This document shows, in pieces, positions 1 through 10,167 of a stretch of 64,000 nt of DNA. A program made the translations under genes and the position numbers. This DNA is from Candidatus Marinacidobacterium sp. (GTDB lineage: Bacteria; Acidobacteriota; Vicinamibacteria; Marinacidobacterales; Marinacidobacteraceae), in contig OZ244852.1 of NCBI GenBank assembly GCA_965220965.1, positions 256,001-320,000 on the forward strand, read 5' to 3'. The first letter of the stretch is position 1. Each line of letters begins with the position of its first letter. The notes under the pieces were generated by a model that was not told the DNA's origin, made no database searches, and was given only the letters and a program-made list of their open reading frames with translations.

Positions 1-2
1 AC

Positions 3-656
3 GACCGCACCCTGGCGCCGCTCGCGGCCGCTGCGGCGGGGGAGCAGCCGGTCCTGCTTCCGGCGAACCTCGACAAGGAAATTCGCCGGATGGTGGGGCT
101 CGCGGGAGAGATGGGTGTCCGGCCGGTCGTCTACGGCGGCCACGAAGCGGCGTCGGCGGCCGGGTTCCTCGCGGATGCCGGGGTTCCGATCCTGGTGGAT
201 CTGGACTGGCCGGACGCCGGTCCCGACCGCGACCCGGAGGCGGCCGTTCCGCTCCGGGAGCTACGCCTGCGTGACGAGGCGCCCGCCGGACCGGCGGCGC
301 TCGCCGCCGCCGGGGTCCGGTTCGCCTTCTACGGCGGAGAGGGTTCGGGTCGCGGTGGGCCGGGCCGGTCGGAGGGCGGGGGGCCGCTCGCGGCGGTCCG
401 GGCCGCGGTGGAGCGCGGACTCGACCCGGAGGCCGCGGTCGTCGCGCTGACGTCGGCGCCCGCCGAGATCTTCGGCGTGGCGGGCCGGGTCGGGACCCTC
501 GGACCCGGCAAGATCGCGAACCTCGTCATCGCGGACGGCGATCTGTTCGCCGGAGAGGGTGGGGTCGAGACGGTGTTCGTGGACGGCGTGATCCACCATG
601 TCGGCGAGGGAGACGAGGCCACCGACGCGGGAGATTCCCGGGGAGCCAACCGATGA
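3..656 (+). CDS. Amidohydrolase-family protein, C-terminal part (5' end outside window)
   Basis: The frame is open from position 3. It has the C-terminal signature ALTSAPAEIFGV..RVGTLGPGKIANLVI..GDLF...VETVFVDG. Confidence 0.8.
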   Translation, partial: DRTLAPLAAAAAGEQPVLLPANLDKEIRRMVGLAGEMGVRPVVYGGHEAASAAGFLADAGVPILVDLDWPDAGPDRDPEAAVPLRELRLRDEAPAGPAALAAAGVRFAFYGGEGSGRGGPGRSEGGGPLAAVRAAVERGLDPEAAVVALTSAPAEIFGVAGRVGTLGPGKIANLVIADGDLFAGEGGVETVFVDGVIHHVGEGDEATDAGDSRGANR

Positions 657-2014
657 AGCGCGCGCTGATCGCCGTACTGGCCCTTTCCCCCCTCCTGGTT
701 CCGGCATGGTCCGGCGCGCAGGACCTGGTCATCCGGGGCGGAACGGTGTTGACCATCACGAACGGCGTCGCCGAGGGGCCGATCGTGATCCGGGACGGAA
801 GGATCGCCGCCATCGGCGACCCGGCGGCGATCCCCGAGGGGGTCGAGGTCGTGGACGCGACCGGCATGTTCGTCATGCCCGGCATCGTGGACGCCCACTC
901 GCACATCGCCGCCGAGTCGATCAACGAGGGAACGGTGGCCGTCTCCTCGATGACCGGCACCGGGGATGTCGTGGACCCCTACGACATCAACATCTACCGC
1001 GAGCTCGCCGGCGGGGTCACGACTTCCAACATCCTCCACGGCAGCGCGAATCCCATCGGCGGTCTGAACGTCATCATCAAGCACCGCTGGGGCGCCACCG
1101 CGGACGAACTCGTGCTCGAGGGGGCGCCGCCCGGCATCAAGTTCGCGCTGGGAGAGAACCCCAAGCGCTCCCGAGGCATGCCGCCGGGAGTCGAGCAGCG
1201 CTACCCGGCGACCCGGATGGGCGTCCAGGATGTGATCCGGCAGGCGTTTCTCGAGGCGGAGGCCTATCGCGAGGCCCACGCCGCGCACCAGGCCGCGCTG
1301 GCGCGGGGTGAGCGGTCGATCCCGCCGCGCCGCGACCTGAAGCTCGAGCCGCTCGTCGAGGTCCTCGAAGGCGACCGGCTGGTTCACGCCCACTGCTATC
1401 GGCAGGACGAGATCCTCCAGTTGCTGCGGGTGGCCGAGGAGTTCGGCGTCCGGATCGCCACGCTCCAGCACGTTCTCGAGGGCTACAAGGTCGCGGACGA
1501 GATCGCCGCCCACGGCGCGGGCGCCTCGACGTTTTCGGACTGGTGGGCCTACAAGGTCGAGGCCTATGACGCGATCCCTCACAACGCCGCCCTCATGACG
1601 GAGCGCGGCATCCTGGTCTCGATCAACTCGGACAGCGCCGAGGAGGCCCGCCATCTGAATCAGGAGGCGGCCAAGACGGTGAAGTGGGGCGGGATGACCG
1701 AGGAGCAGGCGCTCGCGATGATCACGATCAACCCCGCGATCCAGCTCGGCATCGGGGACCGCATCGGCTCCATCGAGGTCGGCAAGGATGCGGACTTCGC
1801 GATCTTCGACCGGCATCCGCTGAGCACCTACGCGGTGAACCAGGTGACCATCGTGGACGGCGAGGTCCTGTTCACGCTCGACAAGGACCGCCAGATGCGC
1901 GAGAGCGCGGCGGCGGAGCGGGCGCGGCTCGAGGAGCGTCTCGGCGCGGCGGAAGCAACCGACGACGGACCACCCGGCAACCGGAACCGCGGCCCGGAAG
2001 GGGGCTCGCGATGA
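653..2014 (+). CDS. Secreted metal-dependent amidohydrolase (imidazolonepropionase-like family)
   Basis: Signal peptide; PGIVDAHSH (HxH), HAHCY, QHVLE, SINSD; GSIEVGKDAD. ATGA overlap with the upstream gene. Confidence 0.9.
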   Translation: MKRALIAVLALSPLLVPAWSGAQDLVIRGGTVLTITNGVAEGPIVIRDGRIAAIGDPAAIPEGVEVVDATGMFVMPGIVDAHSHIAAESINEGTVAVSSMTGTGDVVDPYDINIYRELAGGVTTSNILHGSANPIGGLNVIIKHRWGATADELVLEGAPPGIKFALGENPKRSRGMPPGVEQRYPATRMGVQDVIRQAFLEAEAYREAHAAHQAALARGERSIPPRRDLKLEPLVEVLEGDRLVHAHCYRQDEILQLLRVAEEFGVRIATLQHVLEGYKVADEIAAHGAGASTFSDWWAYKVEAYDAIPHNAALMTERGILVSINSDSAEEARHLNQEAAKTVKWGGMTEEQALAMITINPAIQLGIGDRIGSIEVGKDADFAIFDRHPLSTYAVNQVTIVDGEVLFTLDKDRQMRESAAAERARLEERLGAAEATDDGPPGNRNRGPEGGSR

Positions 2015-3339
2015 CCGGAGCACACCGCCGCGCCGCCGCTGTCGCGCTGTCCCTCCTCATCGCCGGGGCGGCCGCGGCGGCCCAGGAAGCCGGGGAAACC
2101 GTGGTGATCCGGGGCGGCCGGATCCACACGCTCGTTGAAGGGGCCGCCCCGATCGAATCGGCTTCGATCCTGATCCGGGACGGCCGGATCGTGGAGATCG
2201 GGGATGTGGAAGTTCCCGCCGGCGCGACCGTCGTGGACGCCGCCGGCCTCGATGTCTATCCCGGGATGATGGACTCGGTGAGCCAGTTGGGCCTCACCGA
2301 GATCGGCGCGATCAGCGCCACCGTGGACACCGTAGAGCTCGGGGAGATGAATCCGCACCTCCGCGCCGCGACCGCGGTGCATCCGGCGAGCGAACACCTG
2401 CCGGTGGCGCGGGCGAACGGGATCACGCACGCGGTTGTGGCCCCCGGTCGCCTCGGCGGGTTCGGCGGGGGCGGCTCCGGAATCAGCGGGCAGGCCTCGA
2501 TCGTCCATCTCGACGGCTGGACCGTGGAGGAGATGGACATCCGGGCGTCGGCGGGCATGGTGCTGAGCTGGCCCAGCCCCCGGGTCCGGCGGGGGGGATT
2601 CGGGTTCGGAGGCGGGGCGCCCGCTTCGTTCCGCGAGGCGAAGGAGGCCTATGACCGCGAGATCGTCGAGCTCGGCGAGGTTCTCGAGGCGGCGCGGCGC
2701 CACCTGGAGGCGGCGGACGCCGGCGCCGCCGGGCGCGATCTGCGCCTCGAGGCCCTCGGGCCGGTGATCGACGGCGACATGCCGCTCCTCGTCATCGCCC
2801 AGACGGCGCGCCAGATCCGGGATGCGGTGGCGTTCGCCGGGGAGCACGGTCTCGAGATGATCCTGCTCGGCGGCGCGGAGTCCTGGAAGGTCAAGGAGTT
2901 GCTGGCGGAGGAGGAGATCCCGGTGATCCTCGGACCCACGCAGCGGCTGCCGAGGGAGGAGGACCTCCCCTACGACCGGCCCTTCACCCTGCCCGGCGAA
3001 CTCCACGCCGCCGGGGTGACGGTGGCCTTCGCCACCTTCGGGTCGTCGAACTCCCGCCTGCTGCCCTACGAGGCCGGTCACGCGGTGGGCTACGGGCTCC
3101 CGCGCGAGGAAGCGGTTCGCGCGATCACGACCGTCCCTGCGCAACTGTTCGGGCTGGACGCCGACTTCGGGACGATCGAGGAGGGCAAGGTCGCCAACCT
3201 CATCGTCATCGACGGAGACCCCCTCGAAATCCGCGCGGAGGTTCGCCACGTCATCGTGAACGGCGCCGAGGCGCCCCTCGACAACCGCCATCAGCGGCTC
3301 TACGAGACCTACCGGAACCGTCCCCGACCCGAGCGATAG
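2011..3339 (+). CDS. Secreted amidohydrolase-fold protein lacking the HxH metal ligands
   Basis: ATG at 2011 overlaps the upstream stop. Signal peptide; PGMMDSVSQ in place of PGxxDxHxH; GTIEEGKVANL. Confidence 0.85.
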   Translation: MTGAHRRAAAVALSLLIAGAAAAAQEAGETVVIRGGRIHTLVEGAAPIESASILIRDGRIVEIGDVEVPAGATVVDAAGLDVYPGMMDSVSQLGLTEIGAISATVDTVELGEMNPHLRAATAVHPASEHLPVARANGITHAVVAPGRLGGFGGGGSGISGQASIVHLDGWTVEEMDIRASAGMVLSWPSPRVRRGGFGFGGGAPASFREAKEAYDREIVELGEVLEAARRHLEAADAGAAGRDLRLEALGPVIDGDMPLLVIAQTARQIRDAVAFAGEHGLEMILLGGAESWKVKELLAEEEIPVILGPTQRLPREEDLPYDRPFTLPGELHAAGVTVAFATFGSSNSRLLPYEAGHAVGYGLPREEAVRAITTVPAQLFGLDADFGTIEEGKVANLIVIDGDPLEIRAEVRHVIVNGAEAPLDNRHQRLYETYRNRPRPER

Positions 3340-3389
3340 CCGCTGTTAGACTGCGGCGGTCCCGTCGGCTCGGTACGCGTCCCGCTCTC

Positions 3390-4514
3390 ATGGTCCAGTC
3401 GTTGCGGCGCGCCGTGGGCCGCTGCCTGATCGCCTCCCTCCTGGCTCCGGCGGCGTCCGCCGGGATCGCCGCGGCGGAGGATGACGAGTCCCGGTTCCTG
3501 AGCCGCATCCGGCGGCTGACGGTCGAGGGGAAGCGCGCCGGCGAGGGGTATTTCTCGCCCGACGGGAAGGAGATCGTGTTCCAGTCGGAGCGCGAGCCCG
3601 GCAACCCGTTCTTCCAGATCTACTGGCTCTCGCTGGAGACTGGCGACAGCCGCCGCGTCTCCCCCGGCCACGGCAAGACGACCTGCGCGTTCATCTCAGG
3701 AAAGAACGGCGACATCCTCTTCGCCTCCACCCACCTCGACCCGCGCTCGCTCGAGCTCCAGCGCGAGGAGATCGCCTTCCGCGAGAGCGGCCAGGAGCGC
3801 CGCTACGAGTGGGACTACGACCCGGCGATGGACATCTTCGTCGAGCCGCGCTCCGGCGGCGAGCTGATCCGGCTGACCGACGCCCACGGCTACGACGCCG
3901 AGGCCAGCTATTCCCCGGACGGCGAGTGGATCGTCTTCACCTCGAACCGGCCCCGCTTCGAGCGCGAGCTCGACGGCCGGGAGGCCCGCCTCGCGGAGGT
4001 GGACCCGGCCTACTTCGCCGAGATCTACCGGATGCGCGCCGACGGGACCGGGCAGGAGCGGCTGACTGACGTCCCCGGCTACGACGGCGGCCCGTTCTAC
4101 TTCCCCGACGGCTCGGGGATCGTCTGGCGGCGGTTCTCGGAGGACGGCCTCACGGCCGACATCTGGACCATGAATCCGGACGGGTCCGAACCGCGCCAGG
4201 TGACGGACTTCGGCTCGATGAGCTGGGCGCCCTACGTCCACCCGTCGATGGAGTACATCCTCTTCGCCTCGAACAAGCTGGGCTTCTCCAACTTCGAGGT
4301 CTACATGGTGGATCTCGCCGGGGAGAAGGAGCCCGTCCGGATCACGACGGCGGACGGCTTCGACGGGCTTCCGGTCCCCACCCCGGACGGACGCGGCCTC
4401 GCCTGGACCTCCTCGCGACACGGCGGCGAGGGCGGACAGATCTATCTCGCGGACTGGGACCACGAGGCGGCCCTGACGGCGCTCCGCGCCGCGCCGCCGC
4501 GGCGAGGTCAGTAA
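3390..4514 (+). CDS. TolB-like PD40/WD40 beta-propeller protein, secreted
   Basis: Signal peptide and repeated PD40 motifs (YFSPDGKEIVFQS, SYSPDGEWIVFTS, FPDGSGIVW, PTPDGRGLAWTS). Confidence 0.85.
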   Translation: MVQSLRRAVGRCLIASLLAPAASAGIAAAEDDESRFLSRIRRLTVEGKRAGEGYFSPDGKEIVFQSEREPGNPFFQIYWLSLETGDSRRVSPGHGKTTCAFISGKNGDILFASTHLDPRSLELQREEIAFRESGQERRYEWDYDPAMDIFVEPRSGGELIRLTDAHGYDAEASYSPDGEWIVFTSNRPRFERELDGREARLAEVDPAYFAEIYRMRADGTGQERLTDVPGYDGGPFYFPDGSGIVWRRFSEDGLTADIWTMNPDGSEPRQVTDFGSMSWAPYVHPSMEYILFASNKLGFSNFEVYMVDLAGEKEPVRITTADGFDGLPVPTPDGRGLAWTSSRHGGEGGQIYLADWDHEAALTALRAAPPRRGQ

Positions 4515-5296
4515 TGCCCGCCAGCCAACTCGAGGCCCGCTCGGTCAGCTATCTGGAGCTCATCGGCAACGGTCGCTCCTTTTCGGTGCCGCCGGCCCAG
4601 CGCGACTACTCCTGGAACGTGGAGCAGTGGGGCGATCTGTGGAGCGACATTCTCAACCTGCGGGACAAGACGGACGACCGGCACTACATGGGAGCCCTCG
4701 TCGTGGAAGCCAAAGACGACCGGGACCTCCTGGTGATCGACGGACAGCAGCGGCTCGCGACTCTGGGCATCCTGACTCTGGCGGTCATCGGTCGTCTGAC
4801 GGAACTCGCTGAGGAAGGCGTGGATCCGGAGAACAACCGGTCCCGCGCCCAGATCCTGCGCGATGGGTTTGTTGCCCGGAAGCGCGCCGCATCGTTGACG
4901 GAGACCAGCCGACTCTCGCTGAATGAAACCGACAACGGCTTCTATCAGGACTATGTCGTCCAGCTCCGGACACCGGGCAATCGCAGGAGTCTGCCCACTT
5001 CCCACCGGCTGATCCACGACTGCTATCGGTTTTTCCGAAATCGACTCGCAGACTTCGAAGGGGTGTCAACCGACGGAGAGGCCCTGGGGGGCCTCATCGA
5101 GGAGGCGGTTGGGCGCCAGCTTCGCTTCACCCTGATCACCGTGGACGAAGGGGCCACCACGCACGCGATGTTCGAAGCGCTACGTGACACGGTGCGTCGG
5201 GGAATGGGCGCCCGGAGAGTCGACGCCGACTCTCGTGGTGTTTCGGCGGCGGTAGATGGCGCAGCGGGCCGTCACGATCTGGAGGGCCGACCTTGA
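4514..5296 (+). CDS. DUF262 (GmrS/ParB-like) domain protein, truncated with no C-terminal HNH domain; possibly a pseudogene
   Basis: VPPAQRDYSW and VIDGQQRLATL motifs. Similarity ends at MFEALRD, where FETLNxRG is expected. It has more A/T-ending codons than its neighbours. Confidence 0.8.
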   Translation: MPASQLEARSVSYLELIGNGRSFSVPPAQRDYSWNVEQWGDLWSDILNLRDKTDDRHYMGALVVEAKDDRDLLVIDGQQRLATLGILTLAVIGRLTELAEEGVDPENNRSRAQILRDGFVARKRAASLTETSRLSLNETDNGFYQDYVVQLRTPGNRRSLPTSHRLIHDCYRFFRNRLADFEGVSTDGEALGGLIEEAVGRQLRFTLITVDEGATTHAMFEALRDTVRRGMGARRVDADSRGVSAAVDGAAGRHDLEGRP

Positions 5297-7113
5297 CTGA
5301 AGCACGAAACCGGACCGCCGGCGACTGCCGGACACTCGTGACCGCGGCGGCGCTCCTGTCGTTGCTGGCCCTCACGCCGCTTCAGGTCTCGGCCCAGACC
5401 CCGGAAGAAGTGCGGGGCGATGTCCTGGCGCTCACCGCGCCCGGAACCGACGGACGGGCCGTTGGCACGCCGGGGGCGGCGCAGGCGCGGCGTTACCTGA
5501 TCGGCGAGCTGGCGGCGACCGCGGCGCGTCCGCTGCCGGGACGCGACCAGTTCGGGATCCCGTTCGCCTTCGTGGCCCGGGTCACCGATATCGGCTCGAT
5601 GCTGCGCGCCGGGGGCCACAAGCGCTTCGCCAGCGACCAGGTCCGGGCGTTCGCATTCTCGGAGACCGGGGAGGTCCGCGGCGAGCTCCACTTCGCCGGC
5701 TACGGGATCCGGCTTCCCGAGGGGACGGAACCCTCCTACGACAGCTACGCCGGCCAGGACGTGCGGGACAAGGTCGTCGTCGCGCTGCGCTACTTCCCTG
5801 ACGGCGCCGAGGGCGAGGAGCGGGCTGCGTTCCAGCGTCACTCGGGTCTGCGCGACAAGGTGATCGCCGCCCGGGAGGCGGGAGCGGCGGGCCTGGTCAT
5901 CGTCACCGGCCCCCTCTCCCCGAACCCGGGTGAGTTCGCGCCGGACGGCTTCGACATTGCGGCGCCGGGCGGACAGGGGCTGGTGGCGGTTTCGGTGGAT
6001 GGCGCCGCCGCCGAGGGACTGTTCGCCGGCAGCGGGCGGGATCTCGCCGATGTCCAGCGCGAGCTGGACGGTGGAAGTCTCGCGGATGGCGCGTTCCCGC
6101 TTCCCGGGTTCGCCACGCTGAGCGTCGATCTCGAGCGGGAGCGCGGAACCGGCGCCAACGTCGTGGGGATCCTCCCGGCTGCCGACGGAAGCTATGGGCC
6201 TCCCTGGATCGCCGTCGGGGCCCACTACGACCACCTGGGCTCGGGCGGCTCGGGATCGCTGAACCCGCACGGCTCGCCGGAGATCCACCCCGGCGCCGAC
6301 GACAACGCCTCGGGGACGGCCGCCGTCCTCGCCCTCGCCCGCCGGGTCTCGGAGACTCCGCTCGCCCGGCCGCTCCTCGTCGCCTTCTGGTCGGGAGAAG
6401 AGTCGGGCCTTCTCGGCTCGACGGCGTTCGTTCGGGACGAGATCGGCGCCTCGGACATCCTCGCCTACATCAACCTGGACATGGTGGGACGCCTCGAGGA
6501 GAACCGGCTCAGCGTTCAGGCGCTCGGCTCCTCGAGCATCTGGCCCGGCGTCGTGGAGCGGGCGAATGTCCCGGCCGGGTTCGACCTCGCGCTGAGCGAC
6601 GACCCCTACCTGCCGACCGACTCCTCGGCGTTCAACAGCGCGGGAGTCCCCACCCTGAACCTGTTCACCGGGACCCATCCGGATTACCACACCCCGGCCG
6701 ACACCGCTGACAAGCTGAACTACGAGGGGCTGGCGCGCGTCGGGCGGTTCGCCTGGCTCGTCGCCCGGCGGGTGGCGGACCTGGAGGACGCCCCGGACTT
6801 CGTTCGCGTCGAGCGCGACGCTGACCAGGTCCCGGCGCGCTCCTCGATGAGCGCCTACACCGGGACGATTCCCGAGTACGCCACCGAGATCGAGGGCCTT
6901 CTCCTCGGCGGCGTCATGGCGGGGGGCCCGGCCGAAGCGGCGGGGCTGCGCGCCGGCGACGTGATCGTGGAGTTCGCCGGGGCCGCGGTCGGCAACATCT
7001 ACGACTACATGAACGCGCTGGGAGGCGTCCGCATCGGCGTATCGATCGAGGTGGTCTACCTCCGCGACGGAGAGCGGTTCACCACGACGCTCACGCCGAC
7101 GGCCCGCCCCTGA
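5293..7113 (+). CDS. M28 family aminopeptidase with PA and C-terminal PDZ domains
   Basis: GAHYDHLG, GADDNASG, WSGEESGLLGS, NLDMVGR, HPDYHTPAD; PDZ GPAEAAGLRAGDVI; signal peptide. TTG start overlaps the upstream stop. Confidence 0.9.
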   Translation: MTEARNRTAGDCRTLVTAAALLSLLALTPLQVSAQTPEEVRGDVLALTAPGTDGRAVGTPGAAQARRYLIGELAATAARPLPGRDQFGIPFAFVARVTDIGSMLRAGGHKRFASDQVRAFAFSETGEVRGELHFAGYGIRLPEGTEPSYDSYAGQDVRDKVVVALRYFPDGAEGEERAAFQRHSGLRDKVIAAREAGAAGLVIVTGPLSPNPGEFAPDGFDIAAPGGQGLVAVSVDGAAAEGLFAGSGRDLADVQRELDGGSLADGAFPLPGFATLSVDLERERGTGANVVGILPAADGSYGPPWIAVGAHYDHLGSGGSGSLNPHGSPEIHPGADDNASGTAAVLALARRVSETPLARPLLVAFWSGEESGLLGSTAFVRDEIGASDILAYINLDMVGRLEENRLSVQALGSSSIWPGVVERANVPAGFDLALSDDPYLPTDSSAFNSAGVPTLNLFTGTHPDYHTPADTADKLNYEGLARVGRFAWLVARRVADLEDAPDFVRVERDADQVPARSSMSAYTGTIPEYATEIEGLLLGGVMAGGPAEAAGLRAGDVIVEFAGAAVGNIYDYMNALGGVRIGVSIEVVYLRDGERFTTTLTPTARP

Positions 7114-7123
7114 CTCTGACCCA

Positions 7124-8950
7124 TTGAAGAAGCGGCTCGCGGCCGTCCCCACCGAGCGCGTCCGCAACTTCTGCATCATCGCCCACGTGGACCACGGGAA
7201 GTCCACGCTCGCCGACCGGCTGATCCAGCGCTGCGGCGGCGTCAGCGACCGGGAGTTCCGCGACCAGCTTCTCGACTCGATGGACCTCGAGCGCGAGCGC
7301 GGGATCACGATCAAGTCGAACACCGTCTCGCTGTTCCACGAGGGAGCGGACGGCGAGACCTACCAGCTCAACCTCATCGACACCCCCGGCCATGTCGACT
7401 TCTCGCACGAGGTGCGGCGCTCGCTCATGTCGTGCGAGGGAGCCCTGCTGCTGGTCGACGCCGCCCAGGGAGTCGAGGCGCAGACCGTCGCGAACCACTT
7501 CGTGGCGATGGAGTACGACCTCGAAGTCGTGCCGGTCATCAACAAGGTGGACCTGCCGGCGGCGGATCCGGACCGCGTGCTCGAGGAAATCGACGAGGAG
7601 CTGGGGCTCGATCCGTTCTCGGCGCTGCTCGCCTCGGCCAAGAAGGGCGATGGTGTGGACGAGATCATCGCCGCCATCGTGGAGCGGATCCCTCCGCCCG
7701 GCGGCGACGCCGGGGCGCCGCTCCGGGCGCTGATCTTCGACGCGCAATACGACGCGTTTCGCGGGGTCGTGCTGCTGCTTCGGGTCGTGGACGGATCGGT
7801 CCGGCCCGGAGACCGGGTGCGGCTCATGCGCGGGGAGAGGGTCTACCAGGTGGAGGAAGTCGGGCGGCTCGGACTGAAGCGGGCGCCGGTGGACGCGCTC
7901 GGCGCCGGGGCGGTGGGCTACGCGATCTGCGGGATCCGCCGGATCCGGGAGATCACGATCGGCGACACGCTGACGGTCGCCGGGGACACCGGGGCCGAGC
8001 CGCTTCCCGGCTACCGGGAGGCCCGCCCGGTTGTGTTCAGCTCGGTCTATCCGATGTCCACCGACGACTACGGGGTGCTGGAGAGCGCCCTCGACAGGCT
8101 GGCGCTCAACGACCCGGCGCTCACCTTCGAGCGCGAGTCCTCGACCGCGCTCGGCTTCGGATTCCGCTGCGGGTTCCTCGGCCTGCTCCACCTCGACGTG
8201 GTCCAGGAGCGGCTCCAGCGCGAGCACGGCCTGTCGCTGCTGATCTCGGCGCCCAGCGTGCGCTACCACGTCACGACGAAGGACGGGGAGACCCGGGACG
8301 TGGAGAACCCCGCCTACTACCCCGATCCGGCGGTGATCGAGGGCGCCGAGGAGCCCTACATCCGGGCGACGATCCTGATCCCCGAGCGCTCGGTCGGCCC
8401 GGTCATGGAACTCCTCACCGAGCGCCGGGTGGCGCGCACCGGGATGAACTACCTGTCCGCCCGCCGGGTGGAAATCCACGCCGAACTCCCGCTCGCCGAG
8501 GTGCTGTTCGACTTCCACGACCGGCTCAAGACCGTGACCCGAGGCTACGGGAGCTACGACTACGAGCTGCTCGACTACCGGGCCACCCGCCTGGTCAAGG
8601 TGGACATCCTGGTGAACGGGGACCGGGTGGATGCGCTCAGCCAGCTCGTCCACGAGGAGAAGGCGCGTCCCCGGGCGCTCGCCTACTGCGAGCGGCTGGC
8701 CGAGGCCATCCCGATGCACAACTTCAAGATCGCGGTCCAGGGAGCGATCGGCGGCAAGATCATCGCCCGGACGAACATCCGGGCGCTCCGCAAGGACGTC
8801 ACCGCCAAGTGCTACGGGGGGGACATCACCCGCAAGCGGAAGCTGCTGGAGAAGCAGAAGGAAGGGAAGCGGCGGATGAAGCAGGTGGGCAACGTCCAGA
8901 TCCCGCAGTCAGCCTTCGTCGCCGTCCTGAAGTCGAGTCCCTCGGCGTGA
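7124..8950 (+). CDS. lepA: Translation elongation factor 4 (LepA)
   Basis: IIAHVDHGKSTLADR, RERGITIK, DTPGHVDF, NKVD, GFRCGFLGLLH, KCYGGDITRKRKLLEKQKEGK. Confidence 0.97.
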   Translation: MKKRLAAVPTERVRNFCIIAHVDHGKSTLADRLIQRCGGVSDREFRDQLLDSMDLERERGITIKSNTVSLFHEGADGETYQLNLIDTPGHVDFSHEVRRSLMSCEGALLLVDAAQGVEAQTVANHFVAMEYDLEVVPVINKVDLPAADPDRVLEEIDEELGLDPFSALLASAKKGDGVDEIIAAIVERIPPPGGDAGAPLRALIFDAQYDAFRGVVLLLRVVDGSVRPGDRVRLMRGERVYQVEEVGRLGLKRAPVDALGAGAVGYAICGIRRIREITIGDTLTVAGDTGAEPLPGYREARPVVFSSVYPMSTDDYGVLESALDRLALNDPALTFERESSTALGFGFRCGFLGLLHLDVVQERLQREHGLSLLISAPSVRYHVTTKDGETRDVENPAYYPDPAVIEGAEEPYIRATILIPERSVGPVMELLTERRVARTGMNYLSARRVEIHAELPLAEVLFDFHDRLKTVTRGYGSYDYELLDYRATRLVKVDILVNGDRVDALSQLVHEEKARPRALAYCERLAEAIPMHNFKIAVQGAIGGKIIARTNIRALRKDVTAKCYGGDITRKRKLLEKQKEGKRRMKQVGNVQIPQSAFVAVLKSSPSA

Positions 8951-10167
8951 GGCCGCCCCCGGAGCCCCAGGCGCCGGGGATCTACGTCCACGTCCCCTTC
9001 TGCCGCCGCGTCTGTCCCTACTGCGACTTTGCGGTGGCGCCGCTCGGACGCTCGGGCGCCCGCGGCGTCGAGTACTACCGGGAGGCGCTGCTCGCCGAGA
9101 TCGGACTGCGGGCGGGCCCGCTCGGGGCGGACAGCATCTACTTCGGAGGCGGGACGCCGTCGCTGCTCCCTCCCGACGGGCTGGAGGAAATCGTCTCGGC
9201 GCTCGTCGCATCCGGGCTCGCCGCTCCCGACGCCTTCGTGACGCTCGAGGCGAACCCGGAGGACCTCACCCACACGCCCGACCTCGCGCGGGCCTGGGCG
9301 GGCTCCGGGGTCTCGGGCGTGAGCCTCGGCGCCCAGTCGCTCGATGAGGACCGGCTCCGGTTTCTGGGTCGCCTCCACACCGCCGACGCCGTGCGAGACG
9401 CGTCGCGGCGCCTCGCCGAGGCTGCGATCCGCTGGATTTCGGTGGACCTCATCTACGGAACCGCCGGGCAGGGGCTCGAATCGCTCGAGAGGGAACTGCG
9501 GGCCGCCGCCGACCTCCCCGGCGTGACCCACCTGTCGGCTTACGAACTCACGGTGGAAGAGGGCACTCCCTTCGGGCGACGGGCGGCTCGCGGCGAGCGA
9601 CTGGCGGCCGAAGAGGGCGCGGGCGGCGCCGCCTTTCGCCGCGTTCACGAGACGCTGGAGGACTGTGGACTCCCGGCCTACGAGGCCTCCAACTTCGCCC
9701 GCTCGGAACGCCACCGGTCCAGGCACAACCCCAAGTACTGGACGGGGACCGCCTACCTGGGACTTGGTCCCTCGGCCCATTCCTTCGACCCGTCCCGGGC
9801 GGAGCGGAGCTGGAACGAGCGCGCGGTTGGCCCGTGGCGGGACGCGGTGGAGCGACGAAGTATCCCGGTGGCCGGCCGCGAGGTCCTGTCTCTCCGGGAG
9901 CGGGCGCTCGAGGCGGTCTTCCTCGGCCTCCGGACCGCGTGGGGGATCGACCTCGACGACTTCGCCGCCCGCTACGGCGCGGAGTCGGTCGCGGCGAACA
10001 GCGATCGGTTCCATCGCTGGGAAGCCGAGGGGCTCGCCAGGATGACCTCAGGCGCAGCCGAAGGCCGCCTCGCACTCACCCTCGCTGGGCTGGCGGTTGC
10101 CGACGCGCTGGCGCGCGAGGTGGACCTCGAGTCGGTGAACGCCGATCCGCGCGCCGCGGCCGCATGA
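8947..10167 (+). CDS. hemW: Radical SAM heme chaperone HemW (HemN-like)
   Basis: GTG at 8947 overlaps the lepA stop. IYVHVPFCRRVCPYCDF, YFGGGTPS, YEASNF, HNPKYW, YLGLGPSAHS. Confidence 0.88.
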   Translation: MRPPPEPQAPGIYVHVPFCRRVCPYCDFAVAPLGRSGARGVEYYREALLAEIGLRAGPLGADSIYFGGGTPSLLPPDGLEEIVSALVASGLAAPDAFVTLEANPEDLTHTPDLARAWAGSGVSGVSLGAQSLDEDRLRFLGRLHTADAVRDASRRLAEAAIRWISVDLIYGTAGQGLESLERELRAAADLPGVTHLSAYELTVEEGTPFGRRAARGERLAAEEGAGGAAFRRVHETLEDCGLPAYEASNFARSERHRSRHNPKYWTGTAYLGLGPSAHSFDPSRAERSWNERAVGPWRDAVERRSIPVAGREVLSLRERALEAVFLGLRTAWGIDLDDFAARYGAESVAANSDRFHRWEAEGLARMTSGAAEGRLALTLAGLAVADALAREVDLESVNADPRAAAA

